A stretch of 64,000 bases of DNA from a bacterium (GTDB taxonomy: Bacteria > Patescibacteriota > Microgenomatia > UBA10105 > UBA927). Shown here one piece after another: positions 53,645 through 62,708 of this stretch (the stretch's first letter is position 1; each line of letters opens with the position of its first letter). The translations under genes and the position numbers were made by a program. A model generated the notes under the pieces. The model saw nothing but the letters and a program-made list of their open reading frames with translations. It had not been told where the DNA came from and searched no databases. The DNA is taken from contig JAKAFY010000001.1 of the NCBI GenBank assembly GCA_021817785.1, forward strand, positions 26,446 through 90,445, in the 5' to 3' direction.

Positions 53645-54283
53645 TTATCGGGCGAGGAAAAACCGGTTGTACGGCAGGTCAGCCCGGGAGACACGGGAAA
53701 ATTGTTTTTTCAGTATCGTGTAAAGACCTTCTGATCGTTGTTCAAACGCGCCGTCGTGCAGAAAATTGAAAAGAACCGACCCCCCAGGCGTTATGCGCGC
53801 GCGCAGATGTCGTACAAATTGTTCTGAGGATTCAAACTCTGGGATCATTCGGCCGATATACAAATCAACGATGATGAGATCGTATTTCTTCCTGTCCTTT
53901 TGGACGTATTCCGACGCATCAGAGGTGACAAGCTTCAATGGTGTAATACCCGATAGTCCAAAATATTTCCGACCTATGGCGATGATCCGTTCATCTATAT
54001 CCACTCCCGTAAGCGATGCCCCGGGATACCGCGCGTGAAGCATATGGATGACCGATCCGCCGCCTACGCCCAAGACCAGGATGGTTTGTACCCTGGTCAC
54101 CTCCGGAAGCTCCACGTGCGAAAACGCGTACATCCAGAAGCCTTCGATCATCGGCCCGGATTGCTGGATACCGTTCACCAACAGTTTTTTCCTGCCGTTT
54201 TCCATCACCACGCGGATATCCCTATTATACGGAGACGATGCACGGGTGATCGTCCGGGGAAAAAGATAAGAAAGCCAGTTCAT
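53645..54283 (-). CDS. class I SAM-dependent methyltransferase, spermidine synthase-like
   Basis: ILVLGVGGGSVIHMLHARYPGASLTGVDIDERIIAIGRKYF and DLIIVDLY, a Rossmann MTase/aminopropyltransferase-like fold. Confidence 0.6.
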   Translation of the reverse strand: MNWLSYLFPRTITRASSPYNRDIRVVMENGRKKLLVNGIQQSGPMIEGFWMYAFSHVELPEVTRVQTILVLGVGGGSVIHMLHARYPGASLTGVDIDERIIAIGRKYFGLSGITPLKLVTSDASEYVQKDRKKYDLIIVDLYIGRMIPEFESSEQFVRHLRARITPGGSVLFNFLHDGAFEQRSEGLYTILKKQFSRVSRADLPYNRFFLAR

Positions 54284-55608
54284 CGGCGTATTTCTTTTTT
54301 GCCAACCAGTGGCTGCAAAACCTCCGGAATACGTATGGACCCATCCGCCTGCTGATAATTTTCCAGTATGGCGATGAGAATCCGCGGGGATGCGATCGCC
54401 GTATTATTGAGCGTATGGACGTATTTTGTCGACCCGTCTTTTGCTTTATACCGGATTTTCAGCCGACGTGACTGAAAGTCGCCCATAAATGAATTTGACA
54501 TGGTTTCTCCGTAATTTCCATATCCTGAGCCTGCCGAAGGACGCCCGGGCATCCACGTTTCCACGTCATACTTTTTTACCTGCGGCTCCCCCATATCTCC
54601 GGTGCACATCAAAAGTACCCGGTATGGGAGTCCCAGATCCTGCAATATTTCCTCTGAATTCGCCAACAACTCTTCATGGAGAGTAAGGGAAGTACTCGTT
54701 TCCGCTGGCGCCACAATTACTTGTTCAATTTTGTTAAATTGGTGCACTCTGTAGACCCCTTTGGTATCTTTGCCGTAACTGCCCGCCTCCCTGCGGTAAC
54801 AGGACGAAAACGCGACAAATTTTTTCGGTAAATCTTTTTCAAGAAGCATCTCGTCTGCAAAATATGAGGTCACCGGCACTTCTGCCGTCCCGGCAAGATA
54901 CATATCATCTTTTTCGAGATGATACACTTCATCCCGCCCCCATGGCAGCTGTGCATTCCCAAACAACGTAAACTCTTTGACGATGCTTGGTGCGATCAAC
55001 GGAGTATATCCTTTGGCCACCAGTTTCTGAAACGCATAAAACATCACGGCAAATTCAAGCATGGCTGCTTCATTTTTCAGAAAATAGGCGCGGAATCCGC
55101 CGACTTTCGCACCCCGATCAAAATCGATAAGGTCCAATGACCGTGCAAGCTCTATATGATCTTTTGGAACGAAATCAAACTCAGGAATCTTTCCAACTTT
55201 TTTTACCTCGACGTTATCATGCTCATCTTTTCCGATAGGCACCGACGCGTCCGGCACATTGGGGACGGTAAGCATAAGCAGATTAAACTGCTCTTCCGTC
55301 GCCCGCGTTTCGTCTTCCAGCGCCTTGAGCTCCCCCTCCGGATGACTGAATTGCCGTACCGCTTCATCGACAGCCTTTTGTTTCTTTTCCTTATCCGCAC
55401 GATCCTCCGGAGATAGTTGTTGTATCGCTTGCTTTATGGCGTCGTTTACTTTGTTCTTCTCCGACTTCATGGCATCCCGCTTCTCGATAAGCTCCCGCCG
55501 CTTCTCATCGAGCCGCAGCAGTGCATCCCAATCTACCTCGCGATTTTTGTTTTTCGCAGCGGTTTTGCAAAGTTCCAGATTTTCCCGAATAAATTTTATA
55601 TCCAGCAT
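54280..55608 (-). CDS. serS: seryl-tRNA synthetase
   Basis: Start MLDIKFIRENLE. N-terminal coiled-coil arm and class II motifs (FRREAGSYGKDTKGVYRVHQF, GSGYGNYGE). Confidence 0.9.
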   Translation of the reverse strand: MLDIKFIRENLELCKTAAKNKNREVDWDALLRLDEKRRELIEKRDAMKSEKNKVNDAIKQAIQQLSPEDRADKEKKQKAVDEAVRQFSHPEGELKALEDETRATEEQFNLLMLTVPNVPDASVPIGKDEHDNVEVKKVGKIPEFDFVPKDHIELARSLDLIDFDRGAKVGGFRAYFLKNEAAMLEFAVMFYAFQKLVAKGYTPLIAPSIVKEFTLFGNAQLPWGRDEVYHLEKDDMYLAGTAEVPVTSYFADEMLLEKDLPKKFVAFSSCYRREAGSYGKDTKGVYRVHQFNKIEQVIVAPAETSTSLTLHEELLANSEEILQDLGLPYRVLLMCTGDMGEPQVKKYDVETWMPGRPSAGSGYGNYGETMSNSFMGDFQSRRLKIRYKAKDGSTKYVHTLNNTAIASPRILIAILENYQQADGSIRIPEVLQPLVGKKEIRR

Positions 55609-55768
55609 ACCGAGTAGTGAAATTTCGACCATTGCGTTTTACGCTTTGGGAAATTCCCTCTTCCTTTCTATCGCAATCGCATTCAATATATTTCCGGGTA
55701 ATCAATTTCTTATGCAATGACACCAAAGCGTGTCGAAATTCTACTACCCGGATAGTTGTAGAATACGG

Positions 55769-56416
55769 CTAAAGTGCATGGTTTGCAAGGTTAGACCGTA
55801 AGCCCTCTAAATGTTTTGTATCGTTTACCGCACTCACCTTTACTTCATCGCCTTTAAGATATATCGTTGTGATGGCCGCGGGCTGAAGTTCTATATTCCA
55901 CATCTTATCAGGGTCCATCGCAAGCAAATCTACCAATAGCGACCGGATAATATTATCATGGGTCACTACTACAGTAGTACCGTAAACAGCCGGCAGTAGT
56001 TCGTTCCACCAGTCCATTGTGCGCATCCTGGTCTGTGCAAATGTTTCCCCGCCGGGAAATGCCGCCTGAGACGGAGCACTTTGCCATAACGCATATTCTC
56101 TGGTCCAGCGGTCACGTATCGCTCCAATAGCATTCCCTTCCCAATCACCATGGTTTGTTTCAATAATTTTAGGCTCTACTTCCACCGATACTTCGGCATG
56201 CCACTTTGCTATAGCGTCCGCCGTCTGCCGCGTACGCGTTAAAGGACTCGTAATAAGTCGGTCTATCTGTATATCACGTAACCGATCGCCCAACGCATTG
56301 GCTTGCCTTTGCCCCAACTCCGATAACGGCGTGTCATAGGTTTGTCCCTGATATATGCCCTCGGTATTTGCTACCGATTCGCCATGACGCACCAAATACA
56401 GCATTTTTTCGACCAT
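55769..56416 (-). CDS. histidine phosphatase family protein (phosphoglycerate mutase/CobC-like)
   Basis: LYLVRHGESVANTEGIYQG...SPLTRTRQTA. RHG catalytic motif. Confidence 0.8.
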   Translation of the reverse strand: MVEKMLYLVRHGESVANTEGIYQGQTYDTPLSELGQRQANALGDRLRDIQIDRLITSPLTRTRQTADAIAKWHAEVSVEVEPKIIETNHGDWEGNAIGAIRDRWTREYALWQSAPSQAAFPGGETFAQTRMRTMDWWNELLPAVYGTTVVVTHDNIIRSLLVDLLAMDPDKMWNIELQPAAITTIYLKGDEVKVSAVNDTKHLEGLRSNLANHAL

Positions 56417-56660
56417 AAAAAAACACCTCCTTTTCTTTTTGAAAAGACGAGGTGTTCTCGTGGTGCCACTTTTCTTTGGTATATCGTTGCCGATATACGC
56501 TTCGTCACTTCTCCGCCAGTTGGCGACAAAGCGACTATTCTGTAACGGGAACTCCCGGATTTTCTTCGATACTCCTGTTGTAGTACTTTCGAAAATCGGC
56601 TCTACCGAGGGAATGTTCGGTATATAACGCCTGTATGTACTTGTTAACGTTCATATATTA
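56417..56660 (-). promoter_or_regulatory. structured ~240-nt 5' leader ending in a terminator/anti-SD hairpin directly abutting the start codon (riboswitch- or attenuator-like)
   Basis: The minus-strand RNA ends ...ACACCUCGUCUUUUCAAAAAGAAAAGGAGGUGUUUUUUUAUG. About 13 bp of stem (ACACCUC/GAGGUGU plus CUUUUC/GAAAAG) sequesters GGAGG. A U7 tract follows, then AUG. There is no room for a separate promoter between hairpin and start. Confidence 0.45.
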
Positions 56661-57311
56661 TCACGATTTTCTGCCTTCCACAACATCCCGTACTGCAAAA
56701 TGCGCTTCCGCAAACGGCAACGCCAGACGGAACACCACGAAAAATACCGCGGCGTTTATGTACATAAGTACCGCCCGCTGCAGGCCAAAGAGAGCAAACG
56801 TCAGGATACCGAGTACGGTATCCATAAGCAGAAAAAACTTGGGGGCGGATATGCGGCTGAATTTTCGGACAATCGGCATGATCGAACTGTAGCTGCCGAA
56901 ACTATAGCCGTTCGCCATAACAAGCGCGATAGCCAGCGCCGCCGAAGTGCCTTGGGTGATAGTAAAAAACATGTAGGAAACGAGCGGTTCGTGCGCTACC
57001 TGCTGGATATGGAGGAAATTTTTTGACGAATCGATAAAAAACGAAACCAGCACGTACCCGTACACCCCACGCAACCCGGCAGTTTTTCCCGCGATCACAA
57101 ACGAGAGGAGTAATACTATCGTGTTTGCGATAAGCAGCGTCATACCGACCGGGAAATGAAGGACATAATTGATATCCAGTGCGTATCCCGGAAACCCACC
57201 GCTTACCAGCCGATACCGCCATGAGAGATAGTTTATAGACAGTCCCAACAAGATGATGCCAAAGGATGATATGACCAACCGGTATAGTTCACGTACTATT
57301 TTTTTGTTCAT
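56661..57311 (-). CDS. YitT-family (DUF161) membrane protein
   Basis: 216 aa with 5-6 TM. SFGIILLGLSINYLSWRYRLVSGGFPGYAL is a YitT N-terminal signature. Confidence 0.7.
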   Translation of the reverse strand: MNKKIVRELYRLVISSFGIILLGLSINYLSWRYRLVSGGFPGYALDINYVLHFPVGMTLLIANTIVLLLSFVIAGKTAGLRGVYGYVLVSFFIDSSKNFLHIQQVAHEPLVSYMFFTITQGTSAALAIALVMANGYSFGSYSSIMPIVRKFSRISAPKFFLLMDTVLGILTFALFGLQRAVLMYINAAVFFVVFRLALPFAEAHFAVRDVVEGRKS

Positions 57312-57922
57312 GATTGTAGCGTCTGGAAATAGAGCTTTATCCGCTCGACGGCGTGTTTTCTGTGATTATACCTGTCCGTTTCTTCTGCGGTCATTATGTT
57401 TTGGTCATAGTACTTTCCTATGGTCGGTAAAAAAAGAATCGAGCGGTATGGGAATCCTTCCGACCGAGCGGTCGACGGTGCAAGAGGCACAATGCCGCGC
57501 ACTTTATCTTCGGCCGTAGCCAGTACCTTGCCGTCGGCAGATACGAGCACCAATACGAGCCGGAGTTGCGCCTGGCGTTTCGTAAGCGGTATATCTTTCA
57601 TCCGTTCAAACGCATAGGCGATAAGTTCCGCATCCGTGCTCTCCCGATTTTTGTGTACCCACCTATGGGAATGGATCCCCGGCTCGCCGCCAAGTGCATC
57701 TATCTCAAATCCCCCATCATCGGCCAGCGTCATAAGACCGGATTTTTTTGCGTAATACCTGGCTTTTAAAACCGCGTTTTCTTCAAATGTGTTCCCTGTT
57801 TCTTCTACGCTGTCCGTGATGCAGACATCCTTGAGACTTACCAGATCGAGCGGCACGTCGGAAAGGAATTTCCGTATCTCGGCGAGTTTTCCGGGGTTGG
57901 TAGTAGCGATAAGTAATTTCAT
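57308..57922 (-). CDS. rdgB: non-canonical purine NTP pyrophosphatase (RdgB/HAM1)
   Basis: MKLLIATTNPGKLAEIRKFL...ETGNTFEENAVLKARY. Confidence 0.85.
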   Translation of the reverse strand: MKLLIATTNPGKLAEIRKFLSDVPLDLVSLKDVCITDSVEETGNTFEENAVLKARYYAKKSGLMTLADDGGFEIDALGGEPGIHSHRWVHKNRESTDAELIAYAFERMKDIPLTKRQAQLRLVLVLVSADGKVLATAEDKVRGIVPLAPSTARSEGFPYRSILFLPTIGKYYDQNIMTAEETDRYNHRKHAVERIKLYFQTLQS

Positions 57923-57980
57923 AAAGCTCAAATATCAAAATCCAAATGACAAACCAAATCTAAAATCCAAATCGTCAGAC

Positions 57981-58349
57981 TTATTTATTCAGAATAGCAG
58001 AGAAAATCAAAACCAGCTCATGCACTTCTTTCCATAGTAGCCGACACGTCTCTACGCCCTGCGGTACCGCTTTAGATATCATGCGTAGCCAGTGCATCGT
58101 TTCTTTACTTTCCTTCTTGCACAACGCTATCTTAAATCGAAAATCCTTTTTAGAATCAGCGGCATCAGCTTCCATGTAGTTTGCCCCAATACTTGTCGCT
58201 GACCGGACAAGTTGGTTGATGAGCGGAGAATTTATTGGCGAAGCCGGGACAGTGCTGGCAAATTCGATAACGCGCTCGCCGAATACGGCCGTTCGTTCCT
58301 GTAAATCATACTTTTTTGAGGGCTTTGAACTTTGAGCTTGATTTGTCAT
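57981..58349 (-). CDS. four-helix-bundle protein (23S rRNA intervening-sequence protein family, TIGR02436-like)
   Basis: Start MTNQAQSSKPSKKYDLQERTAVFGERVIEFASTVP...SIGANYMEADAADSKKDFRFKIALCKKESKETMHWLRMI. Confidence 0.7.
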   Translation of the reverse strand: MTNQAQSSKPSKKYDLQERTAVFGERVIEFASTVPASPINSPLINQLVRSATSIGANYMEADAADSKKDFRFKIALCKKESKETMHWLRMISKAVPQGVETCRLLWKEVHELVLIFSAILNK

Positions 58350-58372
58350 TTGAGCGTTGACCTTTGAGCGTA

Positions 58373-58975
58373 TTATAATCCGAGTTCTTCGTGATGGTCC
58401 TGCATGGTCTTCAGCGTGAGGGCAATAAAATCTGCAAGCGGAATGTGCAGCTTTTCTTCGCATTGGGCGATCTGTTCACGTTCTACCGCAGCGGCAAATG
58501 CCTTTTGTTTCCATTTCTTTAACACTGCCTCTACGGTCACCTGTTGTAATCGACTCTTTCCTTGCCCCTCCGAAGCTTCATGCGAAGGGAGGTCGGGACG
58601 AACAAGCGCAACAGCGACGATAAAGCCAGTCAATTCATCGACAGTCTCCAACGCCCATTCCATATCTCCTTCGAGCTCTGCCAGATGCGTGAGTTTTCGG
58701 TTATGCGACATCATGGCATGAACAATAGGCCCATCTGTTTCCCCCGTATCATTAAGCCACGCAAGCGTGTGCTTGGTGTGCATATCCGGCGTGTCTTTGG
58801 TTTCTTCCCAGTCTGCGTCGTGGAGAAGCCCCAATGTCTCCCACATATCGGGGTTTCCCCCCAGCTTTTCTGCCAGCGCCCGCATGGCAAATCCTACCGC
58901 ATACATGTGCCGGCGGAGATTCTGGTTTTGGGTGTGTGCGTGGAGCAAATCGAGTGCCTGATTCTTCGTGATCAT
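58373..58975 (-). CDS. HD-domain phosphohydrolase (YqeK/HDIG-like)
   Basis: Start MITKNQALDLLHAHTQNQNLRRHMYAVGFAMRALAEKLGG...LGLLHDADWE (H...HD...D). Confidence 0.65.
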   Translation of the reverse strand: MITKNQALDLLHAHTQNQNLRRHMYAVGFAMRALAEKLGGNPDMWETLGLLHDADWEETKDTPDMHTKHTLAWLNDTGETDGPIVHAMMSHNRKLTHLAELEGDMEWALETVDELTGFIVAVALVRPDLPSHEASEGQGKSRLQQVTVEAVLKKWKQKAFAAAVEREQIAQCEEKLHIPLADFIALTLKTMQDHHEELGL

Positions 58976-58979
58976 GGAT

Positions 58980-60914
58980 TTATTTAAAAAGTGAAAATTT
59001 CTTGGTAAACTCACGAAGCTCGTCTGTTTTTCCAAACAGACAGATACCGAAATAATCAAGTTCAGCCTCCGGTGTTTCACCGGTTTTGCGGACCTGATCC
59101 GCCGATGTACCGACGGTCATCGTACTCGTAAAGTCGGTGAATATAATACCGCGTTTTTTTGCTTCTTCACGCACTGATCTGATTTGTTTTGCGTTATCTG
59201 CTTTCAATACGATAAACGGGAAGTGGGAAATATTTGGATGCACTCCCCCCTCTTTATCTTTATATTGCAAAAAGCACATATCTTTGGCTTTCTCAAATCC
59301 TCCGGCCAAACCGGCCGTCATGTGACCCAGGGCATTCATCAATCTGCCCGCTTCGACATCGTCTCGCAGAATTGCGATAAACCGCATACTCTTTTCATCC
59401 GGCAACGAAGTGGCCTTGACTGCTACCGGAGCTACGTCAACACCTGTCATTTTCTCCGGTCTAAGTGTGGGAAATGGGATCACTTCTTTAATCGATCGTG
59501 CGTCGGTAAGAAGCATCACGAACCGGTCGATACCTATGGCTATCCCGCACGTCGGAGGAAATCCGTGTTCGATCGCGGTGAGATAATCGTAGTCCGTCTG
59601 ATGCGCTTCATCGAAGCCTGCTTTTTCCCGTTCTTTTTCGTCGATAAACCGTTTGCGTAAATCTATCGGGTCGTTCAACTCCGTATAGTTGTTGCCGAGT
59701 TCGGAGCCAAACGCAAACATTTCGAACCGTTGGGTAAACCGCGGGTCCGCACATTTTTTGGCCAATGGCGAAATTTCTATCGGATAGTCATAGATAATCG
59801 TCGGCTGGATAAGTTTTTCCTCCACTGCTTCTTCAAACAGGAATGCGATACATTCTCCGATATGCTGCATTTTTTTCAATTCCGCGAATTTATGTTCGGC
59901 TATGCCTTCTACTTTTTGTATTGCGGCTTTCGCCTCGGCCAGCGTCTTCCACGATAGTGCATCGACCCCGGTAAATTCTTTGATGGCTTCCACGACTTTG
60001 TACCTGCTCCAGGGGCGTTTTACGTTCATCTCCACACCCTGATACATAAATTTCGTGGTTCCCAATACTTTGAGCGCTGTGTACTCAAAAATTTCTTCGA
60101 TGATATCCATGCCATAGGAATAATCCTCATACGCAATTTGCGCTTCAAACATCGTAAATTCCGGATTATGATCATGATCCACTCCTTCATTCCGGAATAC
60201 TTTTGTGATTTCAAACACTTTATCAAATCCACCGACGATCATCCGTTTCAAATACATTTCATCGGAAATCCTAAGATAAAAATTTGCATCGAGTTCGTTG
60301 TGGTGGGTAGAAAACGGCCTGGCAAATCCGCCGCCATAGACCGGCTGCAATGTCGGGGTTTCCACTTCCAGAAATCCGCGGTCCGTCAGAAAATCCCGCA
60401 CGCTATCTATAATCTTGCTTCGCAGTTGCAACCGATGTTTTACGTCTTCATTGAGTATCGTATCCAGATACCGTTTGCGGTACCGTTCCTCTACATCCTT
60501 CAATCCATGCCATTGATCAGGAAGAGGCAAAAGTGTTTTCGTAAGCAGCTGGAAGTCACTCGCAAAGACAGACACTTCACCCGCCTGCGTTTTGCCAATC
60601 ATGCCCTGCACGGCAATAAAATCAGCAATATCGAGAAGCGGAATAAGGGAAAATGCGGCGGCAGTACACGAGTCGGCTTTGAGCACCACCTGAATGTGCC
60701 CTGATTCGTCCTGCATGTCGACGAAATAGATTTTTCCGTGTCCGCGCATACCGACGATACGTCCGGTGATCGCCACTTCTTTTGCATCCATCTCACGAGC
60801 TTGTCCGATGGTTTGGTCGCGGCGCACGCTAGAGGGATATGGGTCTATCCCCTGCTTTTTTAACGCTTCAAGCTTTTCCAACCGAGCCTTTTTCAGATCA
60901 TCTATGGTTGCCAT
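58980..60914 (-). CDS. lysS: lysyl-tRNA synthetase (class II) with ~150-aa C-terminal DUF2000-like extension
   Basis: Start MATIDDLKKARLEKLE. OB anticodon-binding domain plus class II motifs through GIAIGIDRFVMLLTDARSIKEVIPFPTLRP. An extra domain follows: KSMRFIAILRDDVEAGRLMNALGHMTAGLAGG...FPFIVLKADNAKQIR... Confidence 0.85.
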   Translation of the reverse strand: MATIDDLKKARLEKLEALKKQGIDPYPSSVRRDQTIGQAREMDAKEVAITGRIVGMRGHGKIYFVDMQDESGHIQVVLKADSCTAAAFSLIPLLDIADFIAVQGMIGKTQAGEVSVFASDFQLLTKTLLPLPDQWHGLKDVEERYRKRYLDTILNEDVKHRLQLRSKIIDSVRDFLTDRGFLEVETPTLQPVYGGGFARPFSTHHNELDANFYLRISDEMYLKRMIVGGFDKVFEITKVFRNEGVDHDHNPEFTMFEAQIAYEDYSYGMDIIEEIFEYTALKVLGTTKFMYQGVEMNVKRPWSRYKVVEAIKEFTGVDALSWKTLAEAKAAIQKVEGIAEHKFAELKKMQHIGECIAFLFEEAVEEKLIQPTIIYDYPIEISPLAKKCADPRFTQRFEMFAFGSELGNNYTELNDPIDLRKRFIDEKEREKAGFDEAHQTDYDYLTAIEHGFPPTCGIAIGIDRFVMLLTDARSIKEVIPFPTLRPEKMTGVDVAPVAVKATSLPDEKSMRFIAILRDDVEAGRLMNALGHMTAGLAGGFEKAKDMCFLQYKDKEGGVHPNISHFPFIVLKADNAKQIRSVREEAKKRGIIFTDFTSTMTVGTSADQVRKTGETPEAELDYFGICLFGKTDELREFTKKFSLFK

Positions 60915-60961
60915 ATATGTATTATATACATCCACCTTCGCCAAGGCTACGGTGGACACAG

Positions 60962-60992
60962 AAAACCCCGCTCGTCGGCGGGGTTATTTTTT
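60962..60992. terminator. bidirectional rho-independent terminator (greA 3' end)
   Basis: AACCCCGC-TCGTCG-GCGGGGTT hairpin with T6 on the plus strand and U4C on the minus strand. Confidence 0.55.
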
Positions 60993-61005
60993 ATATCAGC
61001 TGATC

Positions 61006-61470
61006 TTACTCTATGTGTAAGATCTTGTAGAGGATTTTACCCGCCGGGGCTTCTACCTCTACTTTGTCGCCGACCTTCTTGCCAAGCAATGCTTTGCCAA
61101 GTGGCGACTCATGGGAGATTTTTTTACTCATGGGATCCGCTTCCCACTCGCCGACGATGGTAAATTCTTCTTTTTTGCCGTTGATGTGGAGCGTGACTTT
61201 GCATCCCAAATCTATCTGGCCTTTGGAGTGGCTGCTGATGACTTTTACGCCGTGCAATATTTCCTCCAGCTCGAGTATGCGTCCGTCGATGAACGCCAGC
61301 GCCTGTTTGGCGTCGGTGTATTCGCTGTTTTCGGACAGATCTCCCTGCTCGCGGGCGTTGGCAAGGCGTTCCACAGCTACCGGGCGTTTTGTGCTCACCA
61401 GGTCCTCATACTCGGCCTTGAGCGTCGCCAGTCCTTCTTTGGTCAACATGACATTATGATTGGTATCCAT
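61006..61470 (-). CDS. greA: transcription elongation factor GreA
   Basis: Start MDTNHNVMLTKEGLATLKAEYEDLV...NAREQGDLSENSEYTDAKQ. Confidence 0.85.
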   Translation of the reverse strand: MDTNHNVMLTKEGLATLKAEYEDLVSTKRPVAVERLANAREQGDLSENSEYTDAKQALAFIDGRILELEEILHGVKVISSHSKGQIDLGCKVTLHINGKKEEFTIVGEWEADPMSKKISHESPLGKALLGKKVGDKVEVEAPAGKILYKILHIE

Positions 61471-61695
61471 ATATTCAGTAAAAAAAGCCTCCCCAGGAGC
61501 ATATATATTCCGGGGAGACACTACGTTATAAATTCATCGGGTACGCGTTTAGGCGTACCAACCAGCTAGAATTCTCTCAAACTTATATACCCTTGTCAAG
61601 TCCCGATAGCCTCAAAAAATGGCTATCGTGGATGCACGATCCCGGCTTCGCCGAGGATCGGCACGCATATATAATATTTGATAAAATACAATGTA

Positions 61696-61947
61696 ATGTT
61701 CTTTGTTTATATACTTAAATCGATTAAGTCAGGAACTTATTACATAGGATGCACAAACGATATCGAGAGAAGATTAAAAGAGCATAATTCAGGTATTAGC
61801 ATCTACACAAAAACCGATAAACCATGGAAATTATGTTACAATGAAGCGTTCAATTCGTTATCGGAAGCAAGAAAAAGAGAAAATCAAATTAAATCGTGGA
61901 AAAAACGTAAAGCGATTGAGAAATTAATACAGGCCCCCATCGTCTAG
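61696..61947 (+). CDS. GIY-YIG nuclease-family small protein (UPF0213-like)
   Basis: MFFVYILKSIKSGTYYIGCTNDIERRLKEHNSG. AT-rich. The last 5 codons overlap the tRNA-Glu 5' end. Confidence 0.6.
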   Translation: MFFVYILKSIKSGTYYIGCTNDIERRLKEHNSGISIYTKTDKPWKLCYNEAFNSLSEARKRENQIKSWKKRKAIEKLIQAPIV

Positions 61948-62006
61948 CGGCCTAGGACGGTTCCTTCTCAAGGAACAAATCGTCGGTCCGAATCCGACTG
62001 GGGGTA
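61933..62006 (+). tRNA. tRNA-Glu (anticodon CUC)
   Basis: Hand-folded cloverleaf: acceptor GCCCCCA/TGGGGGT, D-stem GTCT/GGAC, anticodon stem GTTCC/GGAAC with loop TTCTCAA (anticodon CTC), T-stem GTCGG/CCGAC with loop TCCGAAT, discriminator A. Confidence 0.8.
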
Positions 62007-62014
62007 CATACAAT

Positions 62015-62046
62015 AAATCGCTTGGCAATGCCGAGCGATTTTTTGT
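62015..62046 (+). terminator. rho-independent terminator after tRNA-Glu
   Basis: AATCGCTTGGC-AAT-GCCGAGCGATT hairpin followed by TTTTTTG. Confidence 0.55.
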
Positions 62047-62405
62047 ATACGCCAGACGGTGAGGAACGACCAACGGTGCGTCGACTGGTTCGTTAGCGAG
62101 CTAATTCTGATTGGCGAGCTTACGAACCATCGATCCTCGAAGGGGAAATCCGACTGGAGGCGAACCGCGTACGGTGCGCGCCGCTTTGAACGAAGTGAAA
62201 AGCAAGTACTCTCGGAGTAAATCCGACATGGCTATCGTGTTGAATCATCAATCTGTCAACACCCGGTGTTGGTAAAGCTAAAATTTGGAGTATGAATTAT
62301 GGCCAACTCAAGGCTAATTCCAAATGTATAAATAGTACGATTTTGTAAAATAGATTACATCGGAATATAACAGTTAATGATATATTATAAGACACTTAAG
62401 TCATC

Positions 62406-62639
62406 ATGGTTATGTGTTTAAAACGGATTGAAAAAAATAATGCAATTGATGCATTGGAAAAGGCCCTTGAAGCTCACGCGGCAGCGTATCAGGCCGGAGG
62501 ATGGGGAGCCTTATCCCCATACGCACAAAAATTGCATGAGCTAGATGAGATAGCATTTCGATCAGCACGCGCTCCAAAAGGTGGTAAGCAAGCTCGACTT
62601 TTGCGTGGATACCAAGAGGTGCGCCGTCGATTCTTCTAA
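62406..62639 (+). CDS. hypothetical small protein
   Basis: 77 aa ORF in the AT-rich region downstream of the tRNA. No motifs. Confidence 0.3.
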   Translation: MVMCLKRIEKNNAIDALEKALEAHAAAYQAGGWGALSPYAQKLHELDEIAFRSARAPKGGKQARLLRGYQEVRRRFF

Positions 62640-62708
62640 TGCCATTTTGGCTTCTACTTCCACGGACATCAGACGAAGATCACACAACATCCAATTCCGT
62701 TGGCATCT

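Noticed and set aside
55609-55768. T-box leader upstream of serS
   Set aside because: The leader is only about 160 nt and no T-box consensus (AATTAGGGTGGTACCGCG-like) was seen. Not supported.
62050-62400. Possible tmRNA or other structured ncRNA in the ORF-free stretch after tRNA-Glu
   Set aside because: No tmRNA tag-reading-frame or 3' tRNA-like CCA end was recognised. The internal tRNA 3'-end fragments are better explained as integration scars. Left as an open check (Rfam scan).
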